From assembly GCF_947494025.1 (NCBI RefSeq), contig NZ_CANLTQ010000003.1, positions 128,069 to 192,068 on the forward strand: DNA of 64,000 bases, in the 5' to 3' direction. The translations under genes were made by a program, and so were the position numbers. Positions within the stretch are counted from its first letter, which is position 1. Each line of letters starts with the position of its first letter. Shown here one piece after another: positions 20,823 to 30,198 of the stretch. The stretch is from an uncultured Jannaschia sp. (GTDB taxonomy: Bacteria > Pseudomonadota > Alphaproteobacteria > Rhodobacterales > Rhodobacteraceae). Below the pieces are notes generated by a model that was given only the letters and a program-made list of their open reading frames with translations, was not told the DNA's origin and made no database searches.

Positions 20823-22076
20823 TCAGTAGAACTCGAAGAGGATGTCCTCGACCTCGCCGTCGAGCGATTCCAGCGCCGGCCCGGCCTCCGCGTCGCCGGC
20901 GAGCACGCGCTCGAAGGTCTGGGCCATCATGCCCTCGATCTCCGCAGCTTGCATGACGTTGGGCTGACTGACCGCCCGGCCTTCCTCAAGCGCGGCGAGA
21001 TAGGGCGCGGTGAAGGCGTCGGGCTCCCCCATCGCGGCGTTGTCGGCCGTGTTCGCGGTCAGCGCGCCGAGGCCCGAAAGCATTTCCCCCATGCAGGAGG
21101 GCCCGTCCTCGCGCGGCGCGTTGAGGTGCCGGACGAGGTCCCAGGCGGCCTCCTTGCGGTCGCTGTTGCTGTCCACGCCCATGAAGAAGGCGTATTGCAG
21201 CGTGCGCCAATCCGCGCCGGCGGGGATCGGGCTCACCACGACGTCCTCCTCGAAGCTGTCGCCGAAACCCGCGCGGATCTCGCTTTCGAGCCAGTTCGCC
21301 ATGATCATCATGCCGATCCCCCCAGCCGGGAAGTCGTAGGCGTCGACCGACAGGTCGGTGATCCCGTCCCCGACCAGTTCCGCCATCCGTTCGAGCGCAG
21401 CTTCCGCCTCAGGGCCATCGAGGTTGGCCTCCGAGAAGTCGTCCGAATAGGGCCGCGCGCCTTCGGAATAGAGAAGCGCGTAGAACGGATGCACGAACCC
21501 CGCCCCCGAGGAGCTGTCGGCGAAGGCGAAGCCCGCCGTCTCGATCCGGCCCTGTTCGTTGCGCGCGGTCACGGTCCGGGCGATCTCGCGCAGCTCCTCC
21601 CAGGTCGCGGGCGGCGCGTCGTAGCCCGCCTCGCGCAGGAGCGCCATGTTCGAGACAAGCATGTAGGCGCTGACCTCCGTCGGCACGCCCCAGACGGTGC
21701 CGTCGATCGTCACCGCGTCCACGGTGCCGGCGCTGTAGGTCTCGGAAACGAGCTTCGAGACCGCGACTGGTGGGGCGTCGAGCACGCCGTTGTCGACCAT
21801 CTGCGCCGCCCAGATCGAGTAGACGTTGTAGATGTCCGGCGACTGCCCGCCCAGGCGCCCGGTCAGAACCGTCTGGAGATAGTCGCGATAGCTGATCTGC
21901 TGGTATTCCGCCGTCACGCCGTCCGCCTCGTAGGCGTCGAGACAGGCGAGAAGGGGCGCGGCCTGCTCCTGCGTGTAGTGCATGGCGACCGTCAGAGGGC
22001 CGTCCTGCGCGATCGCAGCCACTGGCGTCCCGAGCGCGAGCCCGCAGGCCAACGCGGCCATCCGTTGATGCAGCAT
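20823..22076 (-). CDS. Sugar-type ABC substrate-binding protein (SBP family 1)
   Basis: Signal peptide (ALACGLALGTPVAAIA-QD), SPDIY, GTVWGVP, PPATWEEL. GGGGGA ribosome-binding site favours ATG 22076 (22082 possible). Confidence 0.88.
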   Translation of the reverse strand: MLHQRMAALACGLALGTPVAAIAQDGPLTVAMHYTQEQAAPLLACLDAYEADGVTAEYQQISYRDYLQTVLTGRLGGQSPDIYNVYSIWAAQMVDNGVLDAPPVAVSKLVSETYSAGTVDAVTIDGTVWGVPTEVSAYMLVSNMALLREAGYDAPPATWEELREIARTVTARNEQGRIETAGFAFADSSSGAGFVHPFYALLYSEGARPYSDDFSEANLDGPEAEAALERMAELVGDGITDLSVDAYDFPAGGIGMMIMANWLESEIRAGFGDSFEEDVVVSPIPAGADWRTLQYAFFMGVDSNSDRKEAAWDLVRHLNAPREDGPSCMGEMLSGLGALTANTADNAAMGEPDAFTAPYLAALEEGRAVSQPNVMQAAEIEGMMAQTFERVLAGDAEAGPALESLDGEVEDILFEFY

Positions 22077-22536
22077 GTCCATTCCCCCACTGACGAACCG
22101 AGGGCTCCGAACGCGGCTCCCTGCGTTGGACGCTAGGGTAGGGGGCGGTGCCGGACCGGTCGAGCGGATCGGGTGTGCGCGATCGTCGCAGGCGACGGTT
22201 CGCTGCTGTCCGCGTGCCGACCGCAGATCGGCGATCCGACCCGTCCGGGAAGATGCCGGGCGTGCGAGGCATCTGTCGGCGTCAGTCGGGTCCTGGCGCA
22301 TGGGCATAGCACGGCGCGCAGGTCGTTTGCGGCCGGTGGTCCGCCGTCACGCCATCCCGGATCCGGCCGCTTGCGGCACCGTGGACGATCGGTTCACAGC
22401 GGCGCCGATGCCGGGATGACGGGAACGGCGGGCGTCATCGCGGACGTCATCCGGGTGAGGCGTGCTTTCGGGAGCGGTCGGTGGCTGCCAGATGGGGCGC
22501 TCTCCGGCTCAGGGCGACGGCTTTATCGCTGCAGCG

Positions 22537-23376
22537 TCAGCTACGCCAGCGCAGCACGCGCCGCTCGACCCAGGCCACGGCCGCGCTCGTCGCGACGCCG
22601 AGCACCGACAGGATCGCCACGCCGGCGAAAAGCCGTTCCAGATCGTAGAGCGAACCGGCCTCGAGGATGTAGGCGCCGATCCCGTATTGCGCGCCGAGCA
22701 TCTCGGCCGCGACGAGGAGGATGATCGCGATGGCGAGCCCGATGCGCAGACCCGACAGGATGCCGGGCATCGCGCCGGGCAGGACGATCTTGCGCACGAT
22801 CGACCCCCAGGAGAGCCCGAAGGATTGCCCCATCCGGATCAGGGTCCGGTCCACATTGTCGACCGCGCCGTAGGTGGCGACCACCATCGGCGTGAAGGTT
22901 CCGAGCGCGATCAGCGCATATTTCGATCCCTCGCCGATGCCGAACCAGATCACGAAGAGCGGCAGGAGCGCGATCTTCGGCACCGGGAACAGCGCGGCCA
23001 CCATCGGCACCAGTCCCGCCCGCGCCAGCCCGAAGAGCCCGATCAGCGTGCCGACCCCGATCCCCGCCAGCGCGCCCAGCGTCCCGCCGACCATGAAGCG
23101 GGTGAGCGAGGGGACGAGGTGTCGCCAGAGGAGGCCGGTTTCGTAGAGCTGGACGAAGGTCGCGAGGACGTCGGAGGGCAGGGGCAGGGTCAGGTTGCTG
23201 ATCCACCCGGCGCGCAGGCCGACCTCCACGAAGGCGATGAGAAGCGCGAAGACGAGCGGACCGGCCCAGCGGTTCGTCGCGGGCCGGAAGCCGCCGCCGC
23301 GAAACGGGACGGGGCGGGCAGACCCGTCGGTCTGCGCGGATCTCGCGCCGTGTGGGGAATGGGTCGTGTCCGTCAT
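22537..23376 (-). CDS. ABC permease, nitrate/sulfonate/taurine (SsuC/TauC-like) family
   Basis: LPLPSDV, FPVPKIALLPLFVIWFGIGEGSK, KIVLPGAMPGILSGLR, VAAEMLG. Confidence 0.9.
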   Translation of the reverse strand: MTDTTHSPHGARSAQTDGSARPVPFRGGGFRPATNRWAGPLVFALLIAFVEVGLRAGWISNLTLPLPSDVLATFVQLYETGLLWRHLVPSLTRFMVGGTLGALAGIGVGTLIGLFGLARAGLVPMVAALFPVPKIALLPLFVIWFGIGEGSKYALIALGTFTPMVVATYGAVDNVDRTLIRMGQSFGLSWGSIVRKIVLPGAMPGILSGLRIGLAIAIILLVAAEMLGAQYGIGAYILEAGSLYDLERLFAGVAILSVLGVATSAAVAWVERRVLRWRS

Positions 23377-23638
23377 GCGGCAGGTCAGTCGATGGCGAGG
23401 GAGGGCAGTCGGTCGTTCTGCCCCGCGCTTGCGGGCGGATTCGGCTGACGGCCGGTTCCGGTCCGAAGCCGAACGGTCTCCTTGCGCCGAGGCCATCGGA
23501 TCGCGGATGCTGTTCCGCGCACGACATTGCCCGTCCGGCTACAGGCCGGGCGCTGCCTTGCCCGCGCACTGGTGTCGTTTGCACGACGCGGCGGCGCGGG
23601 GTGTCGGCCGATATGCGCGAAAGGCCGGGCGACGGCCC

Positions 23639-24385
23639 TCACGGGACCAGCTCCGCATCCGCCGCCCGCGCTTCGTCGCGCATGAGTCCCCAGAGATGCG
23701 CCTGCACCTCCTCCATCGCGCCCCGTCCCCCGAGCGGTTCGTCGATCTCGACGATCTCCCGGATGCGACCCGGGCGCCGCGACAGGACCACGACCCGGTG
23801 GCCAAGCCGAACCGCCTCCGCGAGGTTGTGCGTCACGTAGACCGCCGTGAAGCGCTCCCGCATCCAGAGGCCGATCAGGTCGTCCATCAGCAGCTCCCTC
23901 GTCTGCGCGTCGAGCGCCGAGAGCGGCTCGTCCATCAGCATCACCGCGGGCCGGACCGCAAGCGCGCGGGCGATGGCCACGCGCTGCTTCATGCCGCCCG
24001 AAAGCTGCCGGGGCAGGGCGCGGGCGAACTCCGTCAGCCGCGTCCGGGCGAGCACGTCGGCGATGACGTCCTCCCGGTTCGGCAGCCGGTGATCTTCCAG
24101 CACGAGGCGCACGTTGCCGGCCACATCCCGCCAGGGCAGGAGCGCGAAGTCCTGAAACACGTAGGTCAGCGGGTTGAGCGACCCCTCGGGCGGGCGGCCG
24201 ATCTGAAGCACCCGACCCGCCGCGGGCCGTTCCAGCCCGCCCAGCATCCGCAGAAGCGTGGACTTGCCGCAGCCCGAGGGTCCGACGACGCAGACGATCC
24301 GCCCCGCCGGGATCTCCAGCGAGACGTCGTCGAGAACGCAGGTCTCGCCATAGCGGTGCGTCAGGCCCGCGACGCGAAGCTCCAT
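23639..24385 (-). CDS. ABC ATP-binding protein, SsuB/TauB-like
   Basis: Walker A GPSGCGKST, VFQDFALLPW, signature LSGGMKQR, LMDEPLSALD, VTHN. Confidence 0.92.
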   Translation of the reverse strand: MELRVAGLTHRYGETCVLDDVSLEIPAGRIVCVVGPSGCGKSTLLRMLGGLERPAAGRVLQIGRPPEGSLNPLTYVFQDFALLPWRDVAGNVRLVLEDHRLPNREDVIADVLARTRLTEFARALPRQLSGGMKQRVAIARALAVRPAVMLMDEPLSALDAQTRELLMDDLIGLWMRERFTAVYVTHNLAEAVRLGHRVVVLSRRPGRIREIVEIDEPLGGRGAMEEVQAHLWGLMRDEARAADAELVP

Positions 24386-25395
24386 CAGGCGCCGACCGCC
24401 TCCACGTAGGACGTGTCGACGAGATCCCCGAAGGCGATGGAGCTGTCCACCAGCCCTTCGGACTGGAACCATTCGAGTTGGTCGCGCACCGAGGCCACGT
24501 TCAGCGCCGCTCCCCCGTTGATCCGCATCGTCCCTGCGACGATCGATCCCCGGGCTTCCTCCACCGTCCGATCCGGATAGACGTAGGGCGCGAGCAGCGA
24601 CACCATCTCCTGCACGCCCGCCTCGCCGGATGACTGGTCGATCATCGTCGCGTTGTAATCCGCAATCGCCCGCGACATCGCGTCGAGCCAGGCCCCGGTG
24701 AGCTCCCGGTCCGCCACGTTCGCTGTGGAGCCGAACATCGTCGTGACCTGGTAGCCGGGCAGGTAATCGGCGATCTTGCCGATCTCGTGCACCTCGCCGC
24801 TGCTCACAAGGCCGCTGGCGATATGCGGGACGATGGCCCAGGCGTCGACCTGACCCGTGCGAAGGGCGCCGATCACCGCGGGAACCTTCTGGAGCGGGAC
24901 GAACTCGAGCCCGATCCCTTCCGCCTCGGCCACCTTCGCGCCCATGTAGTGGAAGGACGAACCCGCGGTCGTCATGCCCCAGCGGCGGCCGCCGAGGTCG
25001 GCGGGGCCCGTCACGCCCGCCTCCATCGCCGCGCCCGAGACGAGGATCGACTGGCCGGGAATGCCCTGCTCCTCGGAGAGCGCGCCGCCGAACACCTTGA
25101 CCGCGCCCTTCTGCGCGAGGCTGATCAGGCCCCCGGTGATCGAGGTCATCGCGTAGTCCACGTCGCCTGCCGCGATGGCCACGGCCATGGGTTGCGCCGC
25201 CTGGAAGAAGACGGGCTCCACCTCGAGCCCGGCCTCCGCGAAGTAGCCCCGCTCCATCGCGATGAAGGTCGGCGCGTGACTGGTGAAGCGCAGGGCGCCG
25301 ACCTTGATCGCGCGGGATTGCGCGAGGGCCGGGGTGGCGAGCGCGGAAGCGGCGGCGCCCATAAGGGCGAGCGTCTGGCGGCGCGTGGCGTGCAT
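24385..25395 (-). CDS. ABC substrate-binding protein, NMT1/THI5/SsuA-like, with probable Tat signal
   Basis: N-terminal TRRQTL twin-arginine motif, PALA-QS cleavage site, FIAMERGYFAEAGLEVE; 1-nt overlap with the ATPase start. Confidence 0.85.
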   Translation of the reverse strand: MHATRRQTLALMGAAASALATPALAQSRAIKVGALRFTSHAPTFIAMERGYFAEAGLEVEPVFFQAAQPMAVAIAAGDVDYAMTSITGGLISLAQKGAVKVFGGALSEEQGIPGQSILVSGAAMEAGVTGPADLGGRRWGMTTAGSSFHYMGAKVAEAEGIGLEFVPLQKVPAVIGALRTGQVDAWAIVPHIASGLVSSGEVHEIGKIADYLPGYQVTTMFGSTANVADRELTGAWLDAMSRAIADYNATMIDQSSGEAGVQEMVSLLAPYVYPDRTVEEARGSIVAGTMRINGGAALNVASVRDQLEWFQSEGLVDSSIAFGDLVDTSYVEAVGA

Positions 25396-25555
25396 GGTGA
25401 TCCCTCCCTGGATGTCGGACCCGTCTGTAGCACGGTTGGACGGGGCCGACAGGGGTGTTCGGGTCTTCCCACGCGACATGGCGCCGGGCGATTTCGCGCC
25501 GGCACCCTGGCTGGCGAACGCGGGCCCCGGCGCCGGCCGGAGCGCGCGCGTCGCG

Positions 25556-27376
25556 TCAGCTCGCGGCCTTGGCGTGCCGCTTGCGCTCGTGCGGGTCGAG
25601 GAACCGTTTGCGAAGGCGGATCGCGCCCGGCGTCACCTCGACCAGCTCGTCGTTGTCGATATAGGCGATGGCCTGTTCCAGCGTCAGCGTCACCGGCGTC
25701 GTCAGGCGCACCGCCTCGTCGGTTCCGGAGGCGCGCACGTTGGTGAGCTGCTTGCCCTTGAGCGGGTTCACCTCGAGGTCGTTCTCGCGGGCGTGCTCGC
25801 CGATGATCATCCCCTGGTAGACCTGCTCCTGGGCGCCGATGAAGAAGCGGCCGCGATCCTCGAGCTTCCAGAGCGCGTAGGCCACGGAGACACCCGTCTC
25901 CATCGAGATCAGGACGCCCGCGCGCCGGCCCGGGATGGTGCCCTTGTAGGGCGCCCAATCGTGGAACACGCGGTTCATCACGCCGGTGCCGCGCGTGTCG
26001 GTCAGGAACTCCCCGTGATAGCCGATCAGCCCGCGCGAGGGGACATGCGCGATGATCCGGGTCTTGCCCGCGCCGGCCGGCTTCATCTCCGCGAGATCGC
26101 CCTTCCGGGGGCCGGTGACCTTCTCGATCACGGCACCGGAATATTCGTCGTCCACGTCGATCGTGACTTCCTCGACCGGCTCCATCCGCTGGCCGTCCAC
26201 GTCGCGGAACAGGACCTGCGGGCGCGAGATCGACAACTCGAACCCCTCGCGGCGCATGTTCTCGATCAGCACGCCCATCTGCAATTCGCCGCGACCCGCG
26301 ACCTCGAAGGCCTCGCCGCCGGGCGTGTCGGAGACCTTGATGGCGACGTTCGTCTCCGCCTCGCGCATCAGGCGTTCGCGGATGACGCGGGACTGCACCT
26401 TCTTGCCGTCGCGCCCGGCGAGCGGGCTGTCGTTGATGCCGAAGGTCACGGTGATCGTCGGCGGGTCGATCGGCTGCGCCGGAAGCGGCACGTCGATCGA
26501 GGTGTCGCAGAGCGTGTCGGCCACGGTGGCTTTCGACATGCCGGCGATGGTTACGATGTCGCCCGCCTCGGCCGCCTCGATCGGCTGCTGCGACAGCCCC
26601 CGGAAGGCGAGGATCTTGGTCGCGCGGAACTGCTCGATCCGGTCGCCCTTGCGCGAGAGCGCGTGCAGGGTCTGACCCGTCCGGAGCGTGCCCGACTCGA
26701 CCCGGCCGGTCAGGATGCGGCCAATGAACGGATCGGCGCCCAGCGTCGTGGCGAGCATCCGGAACGGCTTCTCGCGGTCGGCCACTTGCTTGGGGGAGGG
26801 AACATGGCTCAGAACCAGGCCGAAGAGCGCGTCGAGATTCACGCGCGGCCCGTCGAGCTCCATGTCGGCCCAGCCGGAGCGGCCCGAGGCATACATCGCC
26901 GGGAAGTCGAGCTGCTCGTCGTCGGCGCCGAGATTGGCGAAAAGGTCGAACACTTCGTCGAGCGCGCGGTCGGGCTCCGCGTCCGGCTTGTCGACCTTGT
27001 TGAGGACCACGATCGGGCGGAGCCCGAGGGCCAGCGCCTTGGAGGTCACGAACTTGGTCTGCGGCATCGGCCCCTCGGCCGCGTCCACCAGAAGGACGAC
27101 GCCATCGACCATGCTGAGGATGCGCTCCACCTCGCCGCCGAAATCGGCGTGGCCCGGCGTGTCGACGATGTTGATCCGCACGCCCTTCCACTCGACCGAG
27201 GTGCATTTGGCGAGAATCGTGATGCCCCGCTCGCGCTCGAGGTCGTTCGAATCCATCGCCCGCTCGGCGGTGGCCTCGTTCTCGCGATACGTGCCGGATT
27301 GCTTGAGAAGCTCGTCGACGAGCGTGGTCTTGCCGTGGTCGACATGCGCGATGATCGCAATGTTGCGAAGGTCCAT
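25556..27376 (-). CDS. typA: Translational GTPase TypA/BipA
   Basis: [64 protein letters not shown]. Confidence 0.98.
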   Translation of the reverse strand: MDLRNIAIIAHVDHGKTTLVDELLKQSGTYRENEATAERAMDSNDLERERGITILAKCTSVEWKGVRINIVDTPGHADFGGEVERILSMVDGVVLLVDAAEGPMPQTKFVTSKALALGLRPIVVLNKVDKPDAEPDRALDEVFDLFANLGADDEQLDFPAMYASGRSGWADMELDGPRVNLDALFGLVLSHVPSPKQVADREKPFRMLATTLGADPFIGRILTGRVESGTLRTGQTLHALSRKGDRIEQFRATKILAFRGLSQQPIEAAEAGDIVTIAGMSKATVADTLCDTSIDVPLPAQPIDPPTITVTFGINDSPLAGRDGKKVQSRVIRERLMREAETNVAIKVSDTPGGEAFEVAGRGELQMGVLIENMRREGFELSISRPQVLFRDVDGQRMEPVEEVTIDVDDEYSGAVIEKVTGPRKGDLAEMKPAGAGKTRIIAHVPSRGLIGYHGEFLTDTRGTGVMNRVFHDWAPYKGTIPGRRAGVLISMETGVSVAYALWKLEDRGRFFIGAQEQVYQGMIIGEHARENDLEVNPLKGKQLTNVRASGTDEAVRLTTPVTLTLEQAIAYIDNDELVEVTPGAIRLRKRFLDPHERKRHAKAAS

Positions 27377-27492
27377 GAGAGACAGCCTTAGATCGGGGTT
27401 GCGGGCGCGTTAGCGCCATTTCGCTGCGATTGCCACCCTAGAGGCGCGACGTCGCGCTACCGTCATCCCGGCGGCTGTGCTTGTGTTCCGCC

Positions 27493-28794
27493 ATGCTGCG
27501 CGCTCTCGCTATCCTGTCCGCCCTGTCCGCCCTGTCCGCCAACGCGATGGAGTTCCCCGCGCCCGTCACCGACGACGCCTACCGCGCAACGGACCCGGCG
27601 CGGGTGAAGATGGGGCGGCTTCTGTTCTGGGATCCCATCCTGTCGGGCAACCGGGAGCTCAGCTGCGGCACCTGCCACCATCCGCGCTTCGGCACGTCCG
27701 ACGGGCTGTCGCTCGGCTTGGGCGACGGGGGGCGGGGGCTCGGACCCGACCGCGCGGTCGATCCGGCGAACGCGCCGGAGGAGCGGCTGGCGCGCAACGC
27801 GCCGGGGCTGTGGAACCTCGGCGCGCACGAGTTCTCGGTGCTGTTCCACGATGGCCGGGTGGAAGCTCTGGGGGACGGGTTCCGCACCCCGATGGGGACG
27901 GAGATGGTGGAGGGATTCGACTCCGTCCTGTCCGCGCAGACCATGTTCCCGGTCTTGGCCGACGACGAGATGGCGGGGCACTACGCCGAGAACGAGGTCA
28001 GCCGCGCCGTCCGCAAGGGCGAAATCACGGGCCCGGGCGGAGCGTGGGGCCTGATCGCGGCGCGTGTTCAGGCGGTTCCCGGCTATGTGGAGATGTGGCG
28101 CGATGCCTTCCCGGGCGACGACGCGCTCGACTTCACCGACGTCTCCGACGCCGTCGCCGCCTTCGTGGAGCATGAATGGCGCTCCGACGCGTCGCCCTTC
28201 GATGCCTGGCTCCGGGGCGAGGACGCGCTCTCGCCCGACGCCCTGACGGGGGCGGAACTGTTCTACGGCGAGCTCGGCTGTGCCGGCTGCCATTCCGGTC
28301 CCTTCCTCACCGACCACGACTTCCACGCCACCGGCCAGCCGCAGCTCGGCCCCGGCAAGCGGGCGCGGTTCGAGAGGCATGCGCGCGACGAGGGGCGGAT
28401 GCGTGTGACCGGCGCGGCCGCCGACCGCTTCGCCTTCCGCACGCCGTCGCTGCGCAACGTGACCGAAACCGGCCCCTGGGGCCATGCCGGCGCCTACGAC
28501 GACCTGCGCGCCTTTCTGGCCGACCACGCCGCGCCGCGCCGGGCGCTCGCGGATTATACGTGCAAGAGCGTACTGCCGGAGATGGGCGACGGGGCGCGGG
28601 ACTGGGCGTTCATGGACGACCCGGCGGAGGTCGCCGCGCTCGCCGCCGCCATCGAAGGACCGGACCGCGTGCTGGCGGAGGGGGAGATCGAAGCGCTGAT
28701 GGCGTTCCTCGCGGCGCTGCGCGACGAGGCGGCAATGGCCGGGCGGCTGGGCATTCCGGACGCCGTGCCCTCCGGCCTGCCGGTGGATCGCTGA
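27493..28794 (+). CDS. Diheme cytochrome c peroxidase/MauG superfamily protein with atypical ligands
   Basis: Signal peptide, two CxxCH motifs (CGTCH, CAGCH), RNAPG..N, Q-x3-P-x5-EM, FRTPSLRNV..TGPWGHAG. See finding for the substitutions. Confidence 0.88.
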   Translation: MLRALAILSALSALSANAMEFPAPVTDDAYRATDPARVKMGRLLFWDPILSGNRELSCGTCHHPRFGTSDGLSLGLGDGGRGLGPDRAVDPANAPEERLARNAPGLWNLGAHEFSVLFHDGRVEALGDGFRTPMGTEMVEGFDSVLSAQTMFPVLADDEMAGHYAENEVSRAVRKGEITGPGGAWGLIAARVQAVPGYVEMWRDAFPGDDALDFTDVSDAVAAFVEHEWRSDASPFDAWLRGEDALSPDALTGAELFYGELGCAGCHSGPFLTDHDFHATGQPQLGPGKRARFERHARDEGRMRVTGAAADRFAFRTPSLRNVTETGPWGHAGAYDDLRAFLADHAAPRRALADYTCKSVLPEMGDGARDWAFMDDPAEVAALAAAIEGPDRVLAEGEIEALMAFLAALRDEAAMAGRLGIPDAVPSGLPVDR

Positions 28795-28870
28795 AGCGAG
28801 TCGGGATCGGGCGCGGAGCCTTCGGGCGAGCGCGCCGAGGACGGTCCGGATCCGGCGTGAGCCGTGGCCC

Positions 28871-29452
28871 TCAGCGGCAGCGCGGAAGCTGCTGCTGGTA
28901 CATCAGCGCCCGCGCCTCGATCTGGCCCGAAACACGCATCAGCCACGGCTTCGCCCGGTAAGTGCCCCGGCTATAGCCGTTCCGCCCGTCGTGATAGGCG
29001 AGGTACTGGTTGCGCGCGTCGTGGACCGAGATGCCGAGCCTGCGCTGCGTCTCGGCCATGTACCAGCCCATGAAGTCCGTCGCGTGACGGATGTCGTCGC
29101 GCCGCGTGCGCCGTCCGCCCTGGGCCTCCTGGTATTCCTTCCATGTCCCGTCGAGGGCCTGCGAATAGCCGAACGCGCTCGACTGCCGACCCACCGGGAT
29201 CACGCCCAGAGAGAAGCGCAGCGGGGTGCGCGCATCGGAGACGAACTTCGATTCCTGATAGATCGTCGCCATCTGGACATGGACCGGCACGCCCCACTTG
29301 CGCTCCGCCGCGCGGAACGCCCGCAGGTAGCCCGGCCGTTGCGCGAGGATCGCGCAGGCGTCGTCGAGATTGCTGGGCGCCTTTCCGGAGCCGCCGCCCC
29401 CGCCACACGCGGCGAGCATCAGCAAACAGCCGATCTGGAGAATTCGTTTCAT
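28871..29452 (-). CDS. Lytic transglycosylase SLT-domain lipoprotein
   Basis: Lipobox LAAC, catalytic-Glu motif IYQES, SSAFGYSQALDGTW, YLAYHDG. Confidence 0.82.
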   Translation of the reverse strand: MKRILQIGCLLMLAACGGGGGSGKAPSNLDDACAILAQRPGYLRAFRAAERKWGVPVHVQMATIYQESKFVSDARTPLRFSLGVIPVGRQSSAFGYSQALDGTWKEYQEAQGGRRTRRDDIRHATDFMGWYMAETQRRLGISVHDARNQYLAYHDGRNGYSRGTYRAKPWLMRVSGQIEARALMYQQQLPRCR

Positions 29453-29739
29453 GATGTCACTGCCCGGCTTCTTACCGATTTTGCACAAGCCTAACCTGAA
29501 AGAACCGCTTCTGCCAACAGGCTCGGTCTTCCGTCCCGTCCGGAAATGCGGCAGGCGCGACGGGTCGCGTGGCGTGTCTGCATCATCGGGTCGCAGGTTG
29601 CGCCGCGCCCGCAGACATCGGCCGTATTCCGCCGCACTGTCGGAGCGTGCGTCACAATATGTTTCCGGTCCCGGGTCGCGGCCCCGATTTACAAGCCGCC
29701 GCGGACGGCGCTAGGACATGGTCGGGAAAGGGCAGCGTG

Positions 29740-30066
29740 ATGTTGAAGAACGAAGCGAAGTACGGTCTTGGCGAAATCGTGCGCCACAAGAAGCATCCCT
29801 TCCGCGGGGTGATCTTCGACGTGGATGCCGTGTTCTCGAACACGGAGGAATGGTACGACGCCATTCCCCAGGAAAGCCGGCCGAGCCGGGATCAACCCTT
29901 CTATCACCTTCTGGCCGAGAACGACGACAGCTATTACGTGGCCTACGTCTCGGAGCAGAACCTCGTTCTCGACCGCACCGGGGAGCCGGTCACGCATCCC
30001 GATCTCGGCGACCTGTTCGGCGCCTTCGACGGACGGCAATACCCGCTGCATTTCGACCTGAACTGA
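29740..30066 (+). CDS. hspQ: Heat shock protein HspQ
   Basis: AKYGLGEIVRHKKHPFRGVIFDVD, QPFYHLLAEN, YVAYVSEQNL. Confidence 0.92.
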   Translation: MLKNEAKYGLGEIVRHKKHPFRGVIFDVDAVFSNTEEWYDAIPQESRPSRDQPFYHLLAENDDSYYVAYVSEQNLVLDRTGEPVTHPDLGDLFGAFDGRQYPLHFDLN

Positions 30067-30126
30067 CGCGTCGCCGCGGGCGGCCGATGCCGGACGGGCG
30101 TTCGTGTCCGTCCGCGCGCGACGTTG

Positions 30127-30142
30127 TTAAGGCGCTCTTCAC
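30127..30142. promoter_or_regulatory. CtrA-like binding box upstream of the hybrid kinase
   Basis: TTAA-N7-TTCAC (reverse strand TGAA-N7-TTAAC), one mismatch to TTAA-N7-TTAAC; TTAA is rare in this GC-rich DNA. Confidence 0.45.
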
Positions 30143-30198
30143 CGTCACCGTGCGAGATGCCGGCGGGCCCTCCGGGGCGCTGCGACGGTCTGGAGCGC

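Noticed and set aside
25396-25555. TPP riboswitch upstream of the NMT1/THI5-like SBP
   Set aside because: No CUGAGA or other TPP aptamer core on either strand.
27493-28794. Calling the diheme protein MauG or a methylamine-utilisation locus
   Set aside because: No mauBEDA or other TTQ genes nearby, and the MauG Tyr ligand and Trp93 positions are substituted.
29460-29500. Possible CtrA half-sites (TTACCG, CTAACC) upstream of the SLT lipoprotein gene
   Set aside because: Spacing and sequence do not fit TTAA-N7-TTAAC.
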